64,000 nt of DNA from Waddliaceae bacterium (lineage in GTDB: Bacteria > Chlamydiota > Chlamydiia > Chlamydiales > SLFE01): positions 128,001 to 192,000 of the forward strand of contig CAVYRW010000004.1 in assembly GCA_963771045.1 (NCBI GenBank), written 5' to 3'. Below, one piece after another: positions 60,479 through 64,000 of this stretch. The stretch's first letter is position 1. Each line of letters begins with the position of its first letter. The translations under genes were made by a program, and so were the position numbers. Below the pieces are notes generated by a model. It worked only from the letters and a program-made list of their open reading frames with translations, ran no database searches and had not been told where the DNA came from.

Positions 60479-61651
60479 TCAATGGTTTTTGACGGATAAC
60501 TCCCGAAGGATTTCCTCGACTTTGTTGGCGGTTTCCCAGGTAAATTCGGGATCTTCCCGTCCGAAATGACCCCCGAAAGCTGTTTTTTGATAGATCGGGC
60601 GGAGAAGATCGAGCTCTTTGATGATTCCTCCCGGAGATAGATCGAATACTTTGGGAATCATTTTTTCGAGTTCCCTTTCCGAGATTTTTCCCGTTCCGAA
60701 TGTGTCCACTTTAATAGACAGTGGATAAGGAACGCCGATGGCATAGGATATTTGCACTTCGCACGATTTTGCGAGCTTTGCCGCGACAATATTTTTTGCG
60801 ACCCAGCGCGCGGCATACGAGGCGGATCTGTCCACTTTGGTTGGATCCTTGCCCGAGAAAGCCCCACCGCCGTGGTGCCCTCTGCCGCCATAGGTATCGA
60901 CAATCGTTTTTCTTCCTGTCAGGCCGCAGTCTCCCGCGGGCCCCCCCACCACAAAGCGGCCGGTCGGGTTGATGAAATAGCGGGTATTGTCATCAAGCAG
61001 GTTTTGTGGAAGTGTCTCTTGAATCATTTTCGCCATATCTTCATAAATCTGCTCATGTTCGACATCTTCACTATGCTGGGTAGAGATGACGATGCTATGA
61101 ATGCGGACCGGCTCGTTATTTTCGTCGTATTCAATAGTCACTTGGGACTTTGAGTCGGGACGGAGATAGGGAAGGCGGTTTTGATCCTGGTATTTTTTCA
61201 GTGTGAGAACGAGTTTGTGGGCCAGCATGATCGGAAGGGGCATGAGCTGAGGAGTTTCGTCGCAGGCGTATCCGAACATGATTCCCTGATCGCCGGCGCC
61301 GATGTCGTCAAACAGAACTTTTTGTTTGGCAACTCCTCTGGCTATATCGGGAGATTGTTTGTGAATCGAGACAATAATACCGCACGAATGGTAGTCAAAG
61401 CCCAGCCGAAAGTCCCGGTAGCCGATATCCTGAATGGTTTTTCGGGCAATTTCTTGAAAGTCTATGCGGCTTTCGGTTGTGATTTCCCCGGCGAGAACCA
61501 CAAGGCCCGACCCCACTAGGACTTCGCACGCTACGCGCGAATGCGGATCCTGCCTGATGCATTCATCTAAAATGGCGTCGGAGATTTGGTCGCAAATTTT
61601 ATCGGGGTGGCCTATGCCAACAGATTCGGATGTGAAGAGATAGTTTCTCAT
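60479..61651 (-). CDS. metK: S-adenosylmethionine synthetase
   Basis: [37 protein letters not shown]. Confidence 0.98.
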   Translation of the reverse strand: MRNYLFTSESVGIGHPDKICDQISDAILDECIRQDPHSRVACEVLVGSGLVVLAGEITTESRIDFQEIARKTIQDIGYRDFRLGFDYHSCGIIVSIHKQSPDIARGVAKQKVLFDDIGAGDQGIMFGYACDETPQLMPLPIMLAHKLVLTLKKYQDQNRLPYLRPDSKSQVTIEYDENNEPVRIHSIVISTQHSEDVEHEQIYEDMAKMIQETLPQNLLDDNTRYFINPTGRFVVGGPAGDCGLTGRKTIVDTYGGRGHHGGGAFSGKDPTKVDRSASYAARWVAKNIVAAKLAKSCEVQISYAIGVPYPLSIKVDTFGTGKISERELEKMIPKVFDLSPGGIIKELDLLRPIYQKTAFGGHFGREDPEFTWETANKVEEILRELSVKNH

Positions 61652-61696
61652 AATTGCCTGAGATCATAGCAATATATTGAGCGTTGTTCAAGAAAA

Positions 61697-62266
61697 TTAT
61701 ACAGTTGGTTTGATATTTTGGTTGACTCGGAAGAGATTTTTTGGGTCATATTTGTTCTTCGCCTTAACAAACCTTTTCATAATTTTTTCGGTAGGTCGCT
61801 TTGATGCGGTCGTCTCCTTCTTCCATCATAAAATTGCAGTTCCGGAGGGTAGATTCCGTCAAACAACGATTGTAAAACAGGGAAGGGCAGTTGGCCGTAG
61901 GCCTCTCCTTGTGGGAGCCTCGGTCTCACTGAGAAAACTTTTTTCAGGTTTGGGACTTAACTTAAAAAGTCATTGGATCCTGTCCAACGTATGGGGTCCA
62001 CCTCATCTAGGAGGTTATCGACTGTCAGGCCACATTTTCGGCAGAGATAGCCGTGGCCTCCTCCAAGGGTGAGTCCGTCAACGCCCGTAGTGGAGACGAT
62101 TCCGCTGGATATCGGCCACGTCGTTGCAATAGGCAATGAGGGCTGGATGTTTGTCGATCATCGCATTGTAGATTTTACGGGCCTCGTTATAATTTTTATC
62201 TTCCGGCAAAACGATGAGGCCGCGGAATTGAGACTGAAACTTTTTGAGGTTTTCTTGTTTAATCAA
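61697..62266 (-). pseudogene. FAD-binding/BBE-domain oxidoreductase remnant with multiple internal deletions
   Basis: Ordered fragments in different frames: YNEARKIYNAMIDKHPALIAYC; SGIVSTTGVDGLTLGGGHGYL; LPFPVLQSLFDGIYPP; NFMMEEGDDRIKATY; KNKYDPKNLFRVNQNIKP*. Confidence 0.85.
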
Positions 62267-62285
62267 TTTGCAATCTTTATCAAAA

Positions 62286-62323
62286 ATAAAAAGCCCCCCC
62301 TTTTGCAAGGGGGGAGTAAAAAA
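62286..62323 (-). terminator. Intrinsic terminator of the alpha/beta-hydrolase gene
   Basis: C-run/G-run stem around TTTTGCAA, flanked by A-tracts on +. Confidence 0.7.
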
Positions 62324-62326
62324 CAA

Positions 62327-63451
62327 TTAGAGACTTTCTGAATCGTTATGATGTTCAGCCATTGGCAGGCAAATGCTGCAATTGGCGTCATCGCCGGTGA
62401 TGAAATCCCTTAAGTCGCGGTTGAATTTACGGCATGTAGTGACATGAGTTAGAGTGCCATGTCCCGGATAGGTAATGAACCTGGTGTTGGGGAATGGCGC
62501 TACATAGGTTCCACAGCCGCTTGTGCAGTCGCCGGGTATTGCCGGATTGCTGTATCCTGCGATTTTCCCGAAGAATGTTATGCCCACTCCCAATCTTGAA
62601 ATGGGATGGTTATCCCCTGTCGTCCCGTAGGTGTTGAGGGTGGGAATGGTAATGTTTGCCATTAGCGGCGAGACATCTTCTGTTAAGGTGCCGAGAAGCT
62701 GCCTTGCGAAGATATCGGGAGTCGTGGTTGTTACATAGTCCACGACAAGGTTGATGAGAACATTTTCGATGGCGGGGCAATTTTGTGTGATAAAGCTGCC
62801 TCCTAAAAACAATGTTGCCGCCTGCACAGGATCGACATAGAACAGCTGAACAATTTGCTGTATCTGGTCAAATGAGGCATAAGCCAAGGAGCAGGGATCG
62901 TTGCTGACAATGGCGTCTGCCGATGAATCTTCCATGGCCATTTTGGTAACGGCATAGGGGCCGTCGGGATAATCGGTTATATACCACATGCCGACCTGTG
63001 CCTGCAAATCGGTACCCACCCAAATTAAGGGTCCCTGAATATCCAGCTGCTGAACCAATTCGTGGGCGAAGGACGCTCTTTGCCTGAAGGAATAGCCTGT
63101 CTGGCCGTTCACTCCGTCGAGGTCGGTGGGGTCATTTTTACTCGAGAGTCCATAACCTACTCGATCATAGGCAATCGTATAAAAATCTTTGCCGAAAACG
63201 CGCTGCTGACGCTGCCAGCTATCGATTCCCAAATAGGGATCGCTAAAAAGGATGACTGGCCGTCCGTCGTTTTTTCCTACGGCTTTGTAGGCGACTTTAA
63301 CAGGATTTCCGGAGTTGTCCTGGGCAACTGTGACAATGCCTCTGACAACGTGTCTAAAACCCTCTGTCTGGCAGTCGTCGCAGTCGCAGGCATTTAATCC
63401 CCAACAACAGGCGATCATTGCACACAAAAGATATTTGAACAAAAATTTCAT
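62327..63451 (-). CDS. Exported alpha/beta-hydrolase fold protein
   Basis: Signal peptide; IAYDRVGYGLS; elbow WVGTDLQ; NITIPTL; YPGHG. Confidence 0.75.
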   Translation of the reverse strand: MKFLFKYLLCAMIACCWGLNACDCDDCQTEGFRHVVRGIVTVAQDNSGNPVKVAYKAVGKNDGRPVILFSDPYLGIDSWQRQQRVFGKDFYTIAYDRVGYGLSSKNDPTDLDGVNGQTGYSFRQRASFAHELVQQLDIQGPLIWVGTDLQAQVGMWYITDYPDGPYAVTKMAMEDSSADAIVSNDPCSLAYASFDQIQQIVQLFYVDPVQAATLFLGGSFITQNCPAIENVLINLVVDYVTTTTPDIFARQLLGTLTEDVSPLMANITIPTLNTYGTTGDNHPISRLGVGITFFGKIAGYSNPAIPGDCTSGCGTYVAPFPNTRFITYPGHGTLTHVTTCRKFNRDLRDFITGDDANCSICLPMAEHHNDSESL

Positions 63452-63544
63452 GAATTACTCCTTTTTGAAGTTTAATAATAAAAAATTCGTTATACTGTTT
63501 TTTTGATTTGGGTTCAAGGAGAAATCTGATTGTCTAGAAAGTAT

Positions 63545-64000
63545 ATGATACGAATTTTGTGTATCTTGGGTGTTATTGTCTTGTCTGATTTGTCATCGGA
63601 TGTTCAGGAGGTCTTTCTGACAGAGATTTCGGAGTTGAATGAACAGGACTTTGCCGGTCTTTTCGGAAAAACTGTGAAAATCAGAGGGTTTCTTTATGCC
63701 GACAGCCGTGGCCGTTTGATCCTCGATGCCTCTCCCAATCTAAAGAGCTGCTGCAGAGGCGTTTCAAGTAAAATCAAACAGCAAGTGGTCATAGACGGTT
63801 ATTTCGATTCACCGGATCATCGTACTCCTGTTTTGCTTCAGGGAACATTTTCTGTTCAGCCGGCATTCAGTGCCGATAGTGAGTTGATTCAATACGCTAT
63901 ACTCTCTGATCCCGAGATGATTGACGAATCTTCTTTTCGGGAAGTTGTTATACTTATAGCCATTGTTGCCATGGCCGTAGTTTTCTATCAGTTATATATG
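63545..64000 (+). CDS. Hypothetical membrane/exported protein, runs off the window end
   Basis: Open for 152 codons from ATG 63545 (MIRILCILG...GKTVKIRGFLY...PNLKSCC...), hydrophobic segment at the end. Confidence 0.65.
   Translation, partial: MIRILCILGVIVLSDLSSDVQEVFLTEISELNEQDFAGLFGKTVKIRGFLYADSRGRLILDASPNLKSCCRGVSSKIKQQVVIDGYFDSPDHRTPVLLQGTFSVQPAFSADSELIQYAILSDPEMIDESSFREVVILIAIVAMAVVFYQLYM

Noticed and set aside
61677..62341. Plus-strand ORFs 61677-62072 and 62069-62341
   Set aside because: They are antisense shadows of the minus-strand oxidoreductase remnant.

Overview
A 64-kb chromosomal segment from an environmental chlamydia (phylum Chlamydiota). The assignment is inferred from the ~718-aa GreA, the nrdR-dksA-lspA order, the chlamydial-type T2SS pseudopilin cluster and eukaryotic-like BTB/F-box proteins. 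The backbone is housekeeping: gspF plus pseudopilins, hemB, mutY, greA, rdgB, rsmD, RNA-modifying enzymes, gmhA, lpxK, kdsD, icd, ald, queF, a SWIM-SNF2 helicase, mscS, der, SulP, 2-oxoacid dehydrogenase E1a/E1b/E2 and metK. It is interspersed with stand-alone putative host-directed effectors: BTB-BACK-MATH, a SopB/IpgD-like CX5R phosphatase, a C-terminal BTB protein and an F-box/LRR protein. Mobile DNA comprises an intact ISAs1 with a 10-bp TSD that splits a gene, a deleted IS903-like element, several palindromic MITE/REP-like elements and an orphan IS605-type right end. The most unusual feature is a 1,564-bp IS903-group element (53687-55250, 9-bp TSD) carrying a GxxExxY nuclease gene as passenger. 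Its ends are extended by 9-nt-periodic CTCnGTG repeats, and a similar motif occurs as a free-standing hairpin at ~36.5 kb. Many conserved genes carry single-base frameshifts, often at homopolymers; these look like read/assembly errors. No rRNA, tRNA or CRISPR array was recognised.
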